NCBI GenBank assembly: GCA_964057225.1
Contig: OZ059899.1
Location: forward strand, 10,478,001-10,542,000
Direction of reading: 5' to 3'
Origin: Auanema rhodensis
Taxonomy: Eukaryota > Animalia > Nematoda
Length of the DNA stretch: 64,000 nt
The position numbers were made by a program, and so were the translations under genes. Shown here piece after piece: positions 12,948 through 27,292 of the stretch (its first letter is position 1; every line of letters begins with the position of its first letter). The notes below the pieces were generated by a model. That model saw nothing but the letters and a program-made list of their open reading frames with translations. It ran no database searches and was not told where the DNA came from.

Positions 12948-14305
12948 TAAATTTTTTTCATTTCACTTGTCATTTACAAAAATCAAATTTATCTTCTTCA
13001 ACGATTATTTTTGCAATGTGTCATAAAAATTTCACAGTTGAACAAAACGTTTTTTAAGAATTTTTTTTGTTGTCAACATATATATTTTCCTGGAATTCGA
13101 AAGCATTTGGGATGGAAATTAGAAAGAAAAGAACTAGTTTTTCCTATTTTAAAACAAACAAAAAAAAATAAAATGAAAAAGATTGTTAGATATCCAATTT
13201 AAACTTATACATTTACTTCGATAAAGAGCCTATTAGTTTGAAATTTTATGTCTTACAGTTCTCCAACAGAACAGACTGATCCTGATTTCTCTATGATTAC
13301 ATAAAACTCTCGTTTGATATAATAAAAGAAGAGGAATAACGTTTCCAGGATGTCAATGATATCGAATCTAGTGATATTGTAGAAAAATGTAATGTCAGCT
13401 CCATAGGTTTTCTCTTAATTTCTCTCATCACAATTGTCTTAGTTTTTTTTCTCATTAGAGTTTCTGAAATCTTAGGTGAACAAGGCCGTATATATTTTTT
13501 TCTGGAATTCGAAAGCATTTGGGATGGAAATTAGAAAAAAAAGAACTAGTTTTTCCTACTTTAAAACAAACAATAAGAAATAAAATAAAAAAGATTGTTA
13601 GATATCCAATTTGAACTTATACATTTACTTCGATAAAGAGCCTATTAGTTTGAAATTTTATGTCTTACAGTTCTCCAACAGAACAGACTGATCCTGATTT
13701 CTCTATGATTACATAAAACTCTCGTTTGATATAAAAAAAGAAGAGGAATAACGTTTCCAGGATGTCAATGATATCGAATCTAGTGATATTGTAAAAAAAT
13801 GTAATGTCAGCTCCATAGGTTTTCTCTTAATTTCTCTCATCACAATTGTCTTAGTTTTTTTTCTCATAAGAGTTTCTGAAATTTTAGGTGAACAAGGCCG
13901 TATATATTTTTTTCTGGAATTCGAAAGCATTTGGGATGGAAATTAGAAAAAAAAGAACTAGTTTTTCCTACTTTAAAACAAACAATAAGAAATAAAATAA
14001 AAAAGATTGTTAGATATCCAATTTAAACTTATACATTTACTTCGATAAAGAGCCTATTAGTTTGAAATTTTATGTCTTACAGTTCTCCAACAGAACAGAC
14101 TGATCCTGATTTCTCTATGATTACATAAAACTCTCGTTTGATATACAAAAAGGAGAGGAATAACGTTTCCAGGATATCAATGATATCGAATCTAGTGATA
14201 TTGTAGAAAAATGTAATGTCAGCTCCATAGTTTTTCTCTAAATTTCTCTCATCACAATAGTCTTATTTTTTTTTCATAAGAGTTTCTGAAATCTTAGTTG
14301 AACAA

Positions 14306-14378
14306 GGCCGCGTGGCGCAATGGATAACGCGTCTGCCTACGGAGCAGAAGATTGTAGGTTCGAATCCTGCCGTGGTCG
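14306..14378 (+). tRNA. tRNA-Arg(ACG), canonical
   Basis: Identical to the 10209 copy. Confidence 0.96.
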
Positions 14379-16557
14379 TAAATTTTTTTCATTTCACTTG
14401 TCATTTACAAAAATCAAATTTATCTTCTTCAACGATTATTTTTGCAATGTGTCATAAAAATTTCACAGTTGAACAAAACGTTTTTTAAGAATTTTTTTTG
14501 TTGTCAACATATATATTTTCCTGGAATTCGAAAGCATTTGGGATGGAAATTAGAAAGAAAAGAACTAGTTTTTCCTATTTTAAAACAAACAAAAAAAATA
14601 AAATGAAAAAGATTGTTAGATATCCAATTTAAACTTATACATTTACTTCGATAAAGAGCCTATTAGTTTGAAATTTTATGTCTTACAGTTCTCCAACAGA
14701 ACAGACTGATCCTGATTTCTCTATGATTATATAAAACTCTCGTTTGATATAAAAAAAGAAGAGGAATAACGTTTCCAGGATGTCAATGATATCGAATCTA
14801 GTGATATTGTAGAAAAATGTAATGTCAGCTCCATAGGTTTTCTCTTAATTTCTCTCAACACAATTGTCTTAGTTTTTTTCTCATAAGAGTTTCTGAAATC
14901 TTAGGTGAACAAGGCCGTATATATTTTTTTCTGGAATTCGAAAGCATTTGGGATGGAAATTAGAAAGAAAAGAACTAGTTTTTCCTACTTTAAAACAAAC
15001 AATAAGAAATAAAATAAAAAAGATTGTTAGATATCTAATTTAAACTTATACATTTACTTCGATAAAGAGCCTATTAGTTTGAAATTTTATGTCTTACAGT
15101 TCTCCAACAGAACAGACTGATCCTGATTTCTCTATGATTACATAAAACTCTCGTTTGATATAAAAAAAGAAGAGGAATAACGTTTCCAGGATGTCAATGA
15201 TATCGAATCTAGTGATATTGTAGAAAAATGTAATGTCAGCTCCATAGGTTTTCTCTTAATTTCTCTCATCACAATTGTCTTAGTTTTTTTTCTCATAAGA
15301 GTTTCTGAAATCTTAGGTGAACAAGGCCGTATATATTTTTTTCTGGAATTCGAAAACATTTGGGATGGAAATTAGAAAAAAAAGAACTAGTTTTTCCTAC
15401 TTTAAAACAAACAATAAGAAATAAAATAAAAAAGATTGTTAGATATCCAATTTAAACTTATACATTTACTTCGATAAAGAGCCTATTAGTTTGAAATTTT
15501 ATGTCTTACAGTTCTCCAACAGAACAGACTGATCCTGATTTCTCTATGATTACATAAAACTCTCGTTTGATATACAAAAAGGAGAGGAATAACGTTTCCA
15601 GGATATCAATGATATCGAATCTAGTGATATTGTAGAAAAATGTAATGTCAGCTTCATAGTTTTTCTCTTAATTTCTCTCATCACAATAGTCTTATTTTTT
15701 TACCATAAGAGTTTCTGAAATCTTAGTTGAACAAGGCCGTATATATTTTTTTCTGGAATTCGAAAGCATTTGGGATGGATATTAGAAGGAAAAGAACTAG
15801 TTTTTCCTACTTTAAAACAAACAATAAGAAATAAAATAAAAAAGATTGTTAGATATCCAATTTAAACTTATACATTTACTTCGATAAAGAGCCTATTAGT
15901 TTGAAATTTTATGTCTTACAGTTCTCCAACAGAACAGACTGATCTTGATTTCTCTATGATTACATAAAACTCTCGTTTGATATAATAAAAGAAGAGGAAT
16001 AACGTTTCCAGGATGTCAATGATATCGAATCTAGTGATATTGTAGAAAAATGTAATGTCAGCTCCATAGGTTTTCTCTTAATTTCTCTCATCACAATTGT
16101 CTTAGTTTTTTTCTCATAAGAGTTTCTGAAATCTTAGGTGAACAAGGCCGTATATATTTTTTTCTGGAATTCGAAAGCATTTGGGATGGAAATTAGAAAG
16201 AAAAGAACTAGTTTTTCCTATTTTAAAACAAACAAAAAAAAATAAAATGAAAAAGATTGTTAGATATCCAATTTAAACTTATACATTTACTTCGATAAAG
16301 AGCCTATTAGTTTGAAATTTTATGTCTTACAGTTCTCCAACAGAACAGACTGATCCTGATTTCTCTATGATTACATAAAACTCTCGTTTGATATAAAAAA
16401 AGAAGAGGAATAACGTTTCCAGGATGTCAATGATATCGAATCTAGTGATATTGTAGAAAAATGTAATGTCAGCTCCATAGGTTTTCTCTTAATTTCTCTC
16501 ATCACAATAGTCTTAGTTTTTTTTCTCATAAGAGTTTCTGAAATCCTAGTTGAACAA

Positions 16558-16630
16558 GGCCGCGTGGCGCAATGGATAACGCGTCTGCCTACGGAGCAGA
16601 AGATTGTAGGTTCGAATCCTGCCGTGGTCG
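16558..16630 (+). tRNA. tRNA-Arg(ACG), canonical
   Basis: Identical to the 10209 copy. Confidence 0.96.
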
Positions 16631-18401
16631 TAAATTTTTTTCATTTCACTTGTCATTTACAAAAATCAAATTTATCTTCTTCAACGATTATTTTTGCAAT
16701 GTGTCATAAAAATTTCACAGTTGAACAAAACGTTTTTTAAGAATTTTTTTTGTTGTCAACATATATATTTTCCTGGAATTCGAAAGCATTTGGGATGGAA
16801 ATTAGAAAGAAAAGAACTAGTTTTTCCTATTTTAAAACAAACAAAAAAAAATAAAATGAAAAAGATTGTTAGATATCCAATTTAAACTTATACATTTACT
16901 TCGATAAAGAGCCTATTAGTTTGAAATTTTATGTCTTACAGTTCTCCAACAGAACAGACTGATCCTGATTTCTCTATGATTACATAAAACTCTCGTTTGA
17001 TATAAAAAAAGAAGAGGAATAACGTTTCCAGGATGTCAATGATATCGAATCTAGTGATATTGTAAAAAAATGTAATGTCAGCTCCATAGGTTTTCTCTTA
17101 ATTTCTCTCATCACAATTGTCTTAGTTTTTTTTCTCATAAGAGTTTCTGAAATTTTAGGTGAACAAGGCCGTATATATTTTTTTCTGGAATTCGAAAGCA
17201 TTTGGGATGGAAATTAGAAAAAAAAGAACTAGTTTTTCCTACTTTAAAACAAACAATAAGAAATAAAATAAAAAAGATTGTTAGATATCCAATTTAAACT
17301 TATACATTTACTTCGATAAAGAGCCTATTAGTTTGAAATTTTATGTCTTACAGTTCTCCAACAGAACAGACTGATCCTGATTTCTCTATGATTATATAAA
17401 ACTCTCGTTTGATTTAAAAAAAGAAGAGGAATAACGTTTCCAGGATGTCAATGATATCGAATCTAGTGATATTGTAGAAAAATGTAATGTCAGCTCCATA
17501 GGTTTTCTCTTAATTTCTCTCATCACAATTGTCTTAGTTTTTTTTCTCATAAGAGTTTCTGAAATCTTAGGTGAACAAGGCCGTATATATTTTTTTCTGG
17601 AATTCGAAAGCATTTGGGATGGAAATTAGAAAGAAAAGAACTAGTTTTTCCTATTTTAAAACAAACAAAAAAAAATAAAATGAAAAAGATTGTTAGATAT
17701 CCAATTTAAACTTATACATTTACTTCGATAAAGAGCCTATTAGTTTGAAATTTTATGTCTTACAGTTCTCCAACAGAACAGACTGATCCTGATTTCTCTA
17801 TGATTACATAAAACTCTCGTTTGATATAAAAAAAGAAGAGGAATAACGTTTCCAGGATGTCAATGATATCGAATCTAGTGATATTGTAAAAAAATGTAAT
17901 GTCAGCTCCATAGGTTTTCTCTTAATTTCTCTCATCACAATTGTCTTAGTTTTTTTTCTCATAAGAGTTTCTGAAATTTTAGGTGAACAAGGCCGTATAT
18001 ATTTTTTTCTGGAATTCGAAAGCATTTGGGATGGAAATTAGAAAGAAAAGAACTAGTTTTTCCTACTTTAAAACAAACAATAAGAAATAAAATAAAAAAG
18101 ATTGTTAGATATCCAATTTAAACTTATACATTTACTTCGATAAAGAGCCTATTAGTTTGAAATTTTATGTCTTACAGTTCTCCAACAGAACAGACTGATC
18201 CTGATTTCTCTATGATTACATAAAACTCTCGTTTGATATAATAAAAGAAGAGGAATGACGTTTCCAGGATGTCAATGATATCGAATCTAGTGATATTGTA
18301 GAAAAATGTAATGTCAGCTCCATAGGTTTTCTCTTAATTTCTCTCATCACAATAGTCTTAGTTTTTTTCTCATAAGAGTTTCTGAAATCCTAGTTGAACA
18401 A

Positions 18402-18474
18402 GGCCGCGTGGCGCAATGGATAACGCGTCTGCCTACGGAGCAGAAGATTGTAGGTTCGAATCCGGCCGTGGTCG
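18402..18474 (+). tRNA. tRNA-Arg(ACG), T-stem variant T63G (A51:G63 mismatch)
   Basis: 3' T-stem reads CCGGC (G at 18464). Confidence 0.8.
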
Positions 18475-21069
18475 TAAATTTTTTTCATTTCACTTGTCAT
18501 TTACAAAAATCAAATTTATCTTCTTCAACGATTATTTTTGCAATGTGTCATAAAAATTTCACAGTTGAACAAAACGTTTTTTAAGAATTTTTTTTGTTGT
18601 CAACATATATATTTTCCTGGAATTCGAAAGCATTTGGGATGGAAATTAGAAAGAAAAGAACTAGTTTTTCCTATTTTAAAACAAACAAAAAAAAATAAAA
18701 TGAAAAAGATTGTTAGATATCCAATTTAAACTTATACATTTACTTCGATAAAGAGCCTATTAGTTTGAAATTTTATGTCTTACAGTTCTCCAACAGAACA
18801 GACTGATCCTGATTTCTCTATGATTACATAAAACTCTCGTTTGATATAAAAAAAGAAGAGGAATAACGTTTCCAGGATGTCAATGATATCGAATCTAGTG
18901 ATATTGTAAAAAAATGTAATGTCAGCTCCATAGGTTTTCTCTTAATTTCTCTCATCACAATTGTCTTAGTTTTTTTTCTCATAAGAGTTTCTGAAATTTT
19001 AGGTGAACAAGGCCGTATATATTTTTTTCTGGAATTCGAAAGCATTTGGGATGGAAATTAGAAAAAAAAGAACTAGTTTTTCCTACTTTAAAACAAACAA
19101 TAAGAAATAAAATAAAAAAGATTGTTAGATATCCAATTTAAACTTATACATTTACTTCGATAAAGAGCCTATTAGTTTGAAATTTTATGTCTTACAGTTC
19201 TCCAACAGAACAGACTGATCCTGATTTCTCTATGATTATATAAAACTCTCGTTTGATTTAAAAAAAGAAGAGGAATAACGTTTCCAGGATGTCAATGATA
19301 TCGAATCTAGTGATATTGTAGAAAAATGTAATGTCAGCTCCATAGGTTTTCTCTTAATTTCTCTCATCACAATTGTCTTAGTTTTTTTTCTCATAAGAGT
19401 TTCTGAAATCTTAGGTGAACAAGGCCGTATATATTTTTTTCTGGAATTCGAAAGCATTTGGGATGGAAATTAGAAAGAAAAGAACTAGTTTTTCCTACTT
19501 TAAAACAAACAATAAGAAATAAAATAAAAAAGATTGTTAGATATCCAATTTAAACTTATACATTTACTTCGATAAAGAGCCTATTAGTTTGAAATTTTAT
19601 GTCTTACAGTTCTCCAACAGAACAGACTGATCCTGATTTCTCTATGATTATATAAAACTCTCGTTTGATTTAAGAAAAGAAGAGGAATAACGTTTCCAGG
19701 ATGTCAATGATATCGAATCTAGTGATATTGTAGAAAAATGTAATGTCAGCTCCATAGGTTTTCTCTTAATTTCTCTCATCACAATTGTCTTAGTTTTTTT
19801 TCTCATAAGAGTTTCTGAAATCTTAGGTGAACAAGGCCGTATATATTTTTTTCTGGAATTCGAAAGCATTTGGGATGGAAATTAGAAAGAAAAGAACTAG
19901 TTTTTCCTATTTTAAAACAAACAAAAAAAAATAAAATGAAAAAGATTGTTAGATATCCAATTTAAACTTATACATTTACTTCGATAAAGAGCCTATTAGT
20001 TTGAAATTTTATGTCTTACAGTTCTCCAACAGAACAGACTGATCCTGATTTCTCTATGATTACATAAAACTCTCGTTTGATATAAAAAAAGAAGAGGAAT
20101 AACGTTTCCAGGATGTCAATGATATCGAATCTAGTGATATTGTAAAAAAATGTAATGTCAGCTCCATAGGTTTTCTCTTAATTTCTCTCATCACAATTGT
20201 CTTAGTTTTTTTTCTCATAAGAGTTTCTGAAATTTTAGGTGAACAAGGCCGTATATATTTTTTTCTGGAATTCGAAAGCATTTGGGATGGAAATTAGAAA
20301 AAAAAGAACTAGTTTTTCCTACTTTAAAACAAACAATAAGAAATAAAATAAAAAAGATTGTTAGATATCCAATTTAAACTTATACATTTACTTCGATAAA
20401 GAGCCTATTAGTTTGAAATTTTATGTCTTACAGTTCTCCAACAGAACAGACTGATCCTGATTTCTCTATGATTATATAAAACTCTCGTTTGATTTAAAAA
20501 AAGAAGAGGAATAACGTTTCCAGGATGTCAATGATATCGAATCTAGTGATATTGTAGAAAAATGTAATGTCAGCTCCATAGGTTTTCTCTTAATTTCTCT
20601 CATCACAATTGTCTTAGTTTTTTTTCTCATAAGAGTTTCTGAAATCTTAGGTGAACAAGGCCGTATATATTTTTTTCTGGAATTCGAAAGCATTTGGGAT
20701 GGAAATTAGAAAGAAAAGAACTAGTTTTTCCTACTTTAAAACAAACAATAAGAAATAAAATAAAAAAGATTGTTAGATATCCAATTTAAACTTATACATT
20801 TACTTCGATAAAGAGCCTATTAGTTTGAAATTTTATGTCTTACAGTTCTCCAACAGAACAGACTGATCCTGATTTCTCTATGATTACATAAAACTCTCGT
20901 TTGATATAATAAAAGAAGAGGAATGACGTTTCCAGGATGTCAATGATATCGAATCTAGTGATATTGTAGAAAAATGTAATGTCAGCTCCATAGGTTTTCT
21001 CTTAATTTCTCTCATCACAATAGTCTTAGTTTTTTTCTCATAAGAGTTTCTGAAATCCTAGTTGAACAA

Positions 21070-21142
21070 GGCCGCGTGGCGCAATGGATAACGCGTCTGC
21101 CTACGGAGCAGAAGATTGTAGGTTCGAATCCTGCCGTGGTCG
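21070..21142 (+). tRNA. tRNA-Arg(ACG), canonical
   Basis: Identical to the 10209 copy. Confidence 0.96.
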
Positions 21143-22911
21143 TAAATTTTTTTCATTTCACTTGTCATTTACAAAAATCAAATTTATCTTCTTCAACGAT
21201 TATTTTTGCAATGTGTCATAAAAATTTCACAGTTGAACAAAACGTTTTTTAAGAATTTTTTTTGTTGTCAACATATATATTTTCCTGGAATTCGAAAGCA
21301 TTTGGGATGGAAATTAGAAAGAAAAGAACTAGTTTTTCCTATTTTAAAACAAACAAAAAAAAATAAAATGAAAAAGATTGTTAGATATCCAATTTAAACT
21401 TATACATTTACTTCGATAAAGAGCCTATTAGTTTGAAATTTTATGTCTTACAGTTCTCCAACAGAACAGACTGATCCTGATTTCTCTATGATTACATAAA
21501 ACTCTCGTTTGATATAAAAAAAGAAGAGGAATAACGTTTCCAGGATGTCAATGATATCGAATCTAGTGATATTGTAAAAAAATGTAATGTCAGCTCCATA
21601 GGTTTTCTCTTAATTTCTCTCATCACAATTGTCTTAGTTTTTTTTCTCATAAGAGTTTCTGAAATTTTAGGTGAACAAGGCCGTATATATTTTTTTCTGG
21701 AATTCGAAAGCATTTGGGATGGAAATTAGAAAAAAAAGAACTAGTTTTTCCTACTTTAAAACAAACAATAAGAAATAAAATAAAAAAGATTGTTAGATAT
21801 CCAATTTAAACTTATACATTTACTTCGATAAAGAGCCTATTAGTTTGAAATTTTATGTCTTACAGTTCTCCAACAGAACAGACTGATCCTGATTTCTCTA
21901 TGATTATATAAAACTCTCGTTTGATTTAAAAAAAGAAGAGGAATAACGTTTCCAGGATGTCAATGATATCGAATCTAGTGATATTGTAGAAAAATGTAAT
22001 GTCAGCTCCATAGGTTTTCTCTTAATTTCTCTCATCACAATTGTCTTAGTTTTTTTTCTCATAAGAGTTTCTGAAATCTTAGGTGAACAAGGCCGTATAT
22101 ATTTTTTTCTGGAATTCGAAAGCATTTGGGATGGAAATTAGAAAGAAAAGAACTAGTTTTTCCTACTTTAAAACAAACAATAAGAAATAAAATAAAAAAG
22201 ATTGTTAGATATCCAATTTAAACTTATACATTTACTTCGATAAAGAGCCTATTAGTTTGAAATTTTATGTCTTACAGTTCTCCAACAGAACAGACTGATC
22301 CTGATTTCTCTATGATTACATAAAACTCTCGTTTGATATAATAAAAGAAGAGGAATGACGTTTCCAGGATGTCAATGATATCGAATCTAGTGATATTGTA
22401 GAAAAATGTAATGTCAGCTCCATAGGTTTTCTCTTAATTTCTCTCATCACAATTGTCTTAGTTTTTTTCTCATAAGAGTTTCTGAAATCTTAGGTGAACA
22501 AGGCCGTATATATTTTTTTCTGGAATTCGAAAGCATTTGGGATGGAAATTAGAAAGAAAAGAACTAGTTTTTCCTATTTTAAAACAAACAAAAAAAAATA
22601 AAATGAAAAAGATTGTTAGATATCTAATTTAAACTTATACATTTACTTCGATAAAGAGCCTATTAGTTTGAAATTTTATGTCTTACAGTTCTCCAACAGA
22701 ACAGACTGATCCTGATTTCTCTATGATTATATAAAACTCTCGTTTGATATAAAAAAAGAAGAGGAATAACGTTTCCAGGATATCAATGATATCGAATCTA
22801 GTGATATTGTAGAAAAATGTAATGTCAGCTCCATAGTTTTTCTCTAAATTTCTCTCATCACAATAGTCTTATTTTTTTTTCATAAGAGTTTCTGAAATCT
22901 TAGTTGAACAA

Positions 22912-22984
22912 GGCCGCGTGGCGCAATGGATAACGCGTCTGCCTACGGAGCAGAAGATTGTAGGTTCGAATCCTGCCGTGGTCG
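22912..22984 (+). tRNA. tRNA-Arg(ACG), canonical
   Basis: Identical to the 10209 copy. Confidence 0.96.
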
Positions 22985-25900
22985 TAAATTTTTTTCATTT
23001 CACTTGTCATTTACAAAAATCAAATTTATCTTCTTCAACGATTATTTTTGCAATGTGTCATAAAAATTTCACAGTTGAACAAAACGTTTTTTAAGAATTT
23101 TTTTTGTTGTCAACATATATATTTTCCTGGAATTCGAAAGCATTTGGGATGGAAATTAGAAAGAAAAGAACTAGTTTTTCCTATTTTAAAACAAACAAAA
23201 AAAAATAAAATGAAAAAGATTGTTAGATATCCAATTTAAACTTATACATTTACTTCGATAAAGAGCCTATTAGTTTGAAATTTTATGTCTTACAGTTCTC
23301 CAACAGAACAGACTGATCCTGATTTCTCTATGATTATATAAAACTCTCGTTTGATATAAAAAAAGAAGAGGAATAACGTTTCCAGGATGTCAATGATATC
23401 GAATCTAGTGATATTGTAGAAAAATGTAATGTCAGCTCCATAGGTTTTCTCTTAATTTCTCTCAACACAATTGTCTTAGTTTTTTTCTCATAAGAGTTTC
23501 TGAAATCTTAGGTGAACAAGGCCGTATATATTTTTTTCTGGAATTCGAAAGCATTTGGGATGGAAATTAGAAAGTAAAGAACTAGTTTTTCCTACTTTAA
23601 AACAAACAATAAGAAATAAAATAAAAAAGATTGTTAGATATCTAATTTAAACTTATACATTTACTTCGATAAAGAGCCTATTAGTTTGAAATTTTATGTC
23701 TTACAGTTCTCCAACAGAACAGACTGATCCTGGTTTCTTTATGATTACATAAAACTCTCGTTTGATATAAAAAAAGAAGAGGAATAACGTTTCCAGGATG
23801 TCAATGATATCGAATCTAGTGATATTGTAGAAAAATGTAATGTCAGCTCCATAGGTTTTCTCTTAATTTCTCTCATCACAATTGTCTTAGTTTTTTTTCT
23901 CATAAGAGTTTCTGAAATCTCAGGTGAACAAGGCCGTATATATTTTTTTCTGGAATTCGAAAACATTTGGGATGGAAATTAGAAAGAAAAGAACTAGTTT
24001 TTCCTACTTTAAAACAAACAATAAGAAATAAAATAAAAAAGATTGTTAGATATCCAATTTAAACTTATACATTTACTTCGATAAAGAGCCTATTAGTTTG
24101 AAATTTTATGTCTTACAGTTCACCAACAGAACAGACTGATCCTGATTTCTCTATGATTACATAAAACTCTCGTTTGATATACAAAAAGGAGAGGAATAAC
24201 GTTTCCAGGATATCAATGATATCGAATCTAGTGATATTGTAGAAAAATGTAATGTCAGCTTCATAGTTTTTCTCTTAATTTCTCTCATCACAATAGTCTT
24301 ATTTTTTTTTCATAAGAGTTTCTGAAATCTTAGTTGAACAAGGCCGTATATATTTTTTTCTGGAATTCGAAAGCATTTGGGATGGATATTAGAAGGAAAA
24401 GAACTAGTTTTTCCTACTTTAAAACAAACAATAAGAAATAAAATAAAAAAGATTGTTAGATATCCAATTTAAACTTATACATTTACTTCGATAAAGAGCC
24501 TATTAGTTTGAAATTTTATGTCTTACAGTTCTCCAACAGAACAGACTGATCCTGATTTCTCTATGATTACATACAATTCTCGTTTGATATAAAAAAAGAA
24601 GAGGAATAACGTTTCCAGGATGTCAATGATATCGAATCTAGTGATATTGTAAAAAAATGTAATGTCAGCTCCATAGGTTTTCTCTTAATTTCTCTCATCA
24701 CAATTGTTTTAGTTTTTTTTCTCATAAGAGTTTCTGAAATCTTAGGTGAACAAGGCCGTATATATTTTTTTCTGGAATTCGAAAGCATTTGGGATGGAAA
24801 TTAGAAAGAAAAGAACTAGTTTTTCCTACTTTAAAACGAACAATAAGAAATAAAATAAAAAAGATTGTTAGATATCCAATTTAAACTTATACATTTACTT
24901 CGATAAAGAGCCTATTAGTTTGAAATTTTATGTCTTACAGTTCTCCAACAGAACAGACTGATCCTGATTTCTCTATGATTACATAAAACTCTCGTTTGAT
25001 ATACAAAAAGGAGAGGAATAACGTTTCCAGGATATCAATGATATCGAATCTAGTGATATTGTAGAAAAATGTAATGTCAGCTTCATAGTTTTTCTCTTAA
25101 TTTCTCTCATCACAATAGTCTTATTTTTTTTTCATAAGAGTTTCTGAAATCTTAGTTGAACAAGGCCGTATATATTTTTTTCTGGAATTCGAAAGCATTT
25201 GGGATGGAAATTAGAAAGAAAAGAACTAGTTTTTCCTACTTTAAAACAAACAATAAGAAATAAAATAAAAAAGATTGTTAGATATCTAATTTAAACTTAT
25301 ACATTTACTTCGATAAAGAGCCTATTAGTTTGAAATTTTATGTCTTACAGTTCTCCAACAGAACAGACTGATCCTGGTTTCTCTATGATTACATAAAACT
25401 CTCGTTTGATATAAAAAAAGAAGAGGAATAACGTTTCCAGGATGTCAATGATATCGAATCTAGTGATATTGTAGAAAAATGTAATGTCAGCTCCATAGGT
25501 TTTCTCTTAATTTCTCTCATCACAATTGTCTTAGTTTTTTTTCTCATAAGAGTTTGTGAAATCTTAGGTGAACAAGGCCGTATATATTTTTTTCTGGAAT
25601 TCGAAAACATTTGGGATGGAAATTAGAAAGAAAAGAACTAGTTTTTCCTACTTTAAAACAAACAATAAGAAATAAAATAAAAAAGATTGTTAGATATCCA
25701 ATTTAAACTTATACATTTACTTCGATAAAGAGCCTATTAGTTTGAAATTTTATGTCTTACAGTTCACCAACAGAACAGACTGATCCTGATTTCTCTATGA
25801 TTACATAAAACTCTCGTTTGATATACAAAAAGGAGAGGAATAACGTTTCCAGGATATCAATGATATCGAATCTAGTGATATTGTAGAAAAATGTAATGTC

Positions 25901-27219
25901 AGCTTCATAGTTTTTCTCTTAATTTCTCTCATCACAATAGTCTTATTTTTTTTTCATAAGAGTTTCTGAAATCTTAGTTGAACAAGGCCGTATATATTTT
26001 TTTCTGGAATTCGAAAGCATTTGGGATGGATATTAGAAGGAAAAGAACTAGTTTTTCCTACTTTAAAACAAACAATAAGAAATAAAATAAAAAAGATTGT
26101 TAGATATCCAATTTAAACTTATACATTTACTTCGATAAAGAGCCTATTAGTTTGAAATTTTATGTCTTACAGTTCTCCAACAGAACAGACTGATCCTGAT
26201 TTCTCTATGATTACATAAAACTCTCGTTTGATATGAAAAAAGAAGAGGAATAACGTTTCCAGGATGTCAATGATATCGAATCTAGTGATATTGTAAAAAA
26301 ATGTAATGTCAGCTCCATAGGTTTTCTCTTAATTTCTCTCATCACAATTGTCTTAGTTTTTTTTCTCATAAGAGTTTCTGAAATCTTAGGTGAACAAGGC
26401 CGTATATATTTTTTTCTGGAATTCGAAAGCATTTGGGATGGAAATTAGAAAGAAAAGAACCAGTTTTTCCTACTTTAAAACAAACAATAAGAAATAAAAT
26501 AAAAAAGATTGTTAGATATCCAATTTAAACTTATACATTTACTTCGATAAAGAGCCTATTAGTTTGAAATTTTATGTCTTACAGTTCTCCAACAGAACAG
26601 ACTGATCCTGATTTCTCTATGATTATATAAAACTCTCGTTTGATATAAAAAAAGAAGAGGAATAACGTTTCCAGGATGTCAATGATATCGAATCTAGTGA
26701 TATTGTAGAAAAATGTAATGTCAGCTCCATAGGTTTTCTCTTAATTTCTCTCATCACAATTGTCTTAGTTTTTTTTCTCATAAGAGTTTCTGAAATCTTA
26801 GGTGAACAAGGCCGTATATATTTTTTTCTGGAATTCGAAAGCATTTGGGATGGAAATTAGAAAGAAAAGAACTAGTTTTTCCTACTTTAAAACGAACAAT
26901 AAGAAATAAAATAAAAAAGATTGTTAGATATCCAATTTAAACTTATACATTTACTTCGATAAAGAGCCTATTAGTTTGAAATTTTATGTCTTACAGTTCT
27001 CCAACAGAACAGACTGATCCTGATTTCTCTATGATTACATAAAACTCTCGTTTGATATACAAAAAGGAGAGGAATAACGTTTCCAGGATATCAATGATAT
27101 CGAATCTAGTGATATTGTAGAAAAATGTAATGTCAGCTCCATAGTTTTTCTCTTAATTTCTCTCATCACAATAGTCTTAGTTTTTTTTCATAAGAGTTTC
27201 TGAAATCTTAGTTGAACAA

Positions 27220-27292
27220 GGCCGCGTGGCGCAATGGATAACGCGTCTGCCTACGGAGCAGAAGATTGTAGGTTCGAATCCTGCCGTGGTCG
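27220..27292 (+). tRNA. tRNA-Arg(ACG), canonical
   Basis: Identical to the 10209 copy. Confidence 0.96.

Larger units (their letters stand above)
6410..14230 (+). repeat. ~4099-bp higher-order tandem duplication (boundaries approximate)
   Basis: Matching SNP-typed units at an exact 4099 offset: 6531/10630, 7354/11453, 7766/11865, 8776/12875, 9198/13297, 9610/13709. Confidence 0.9.
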
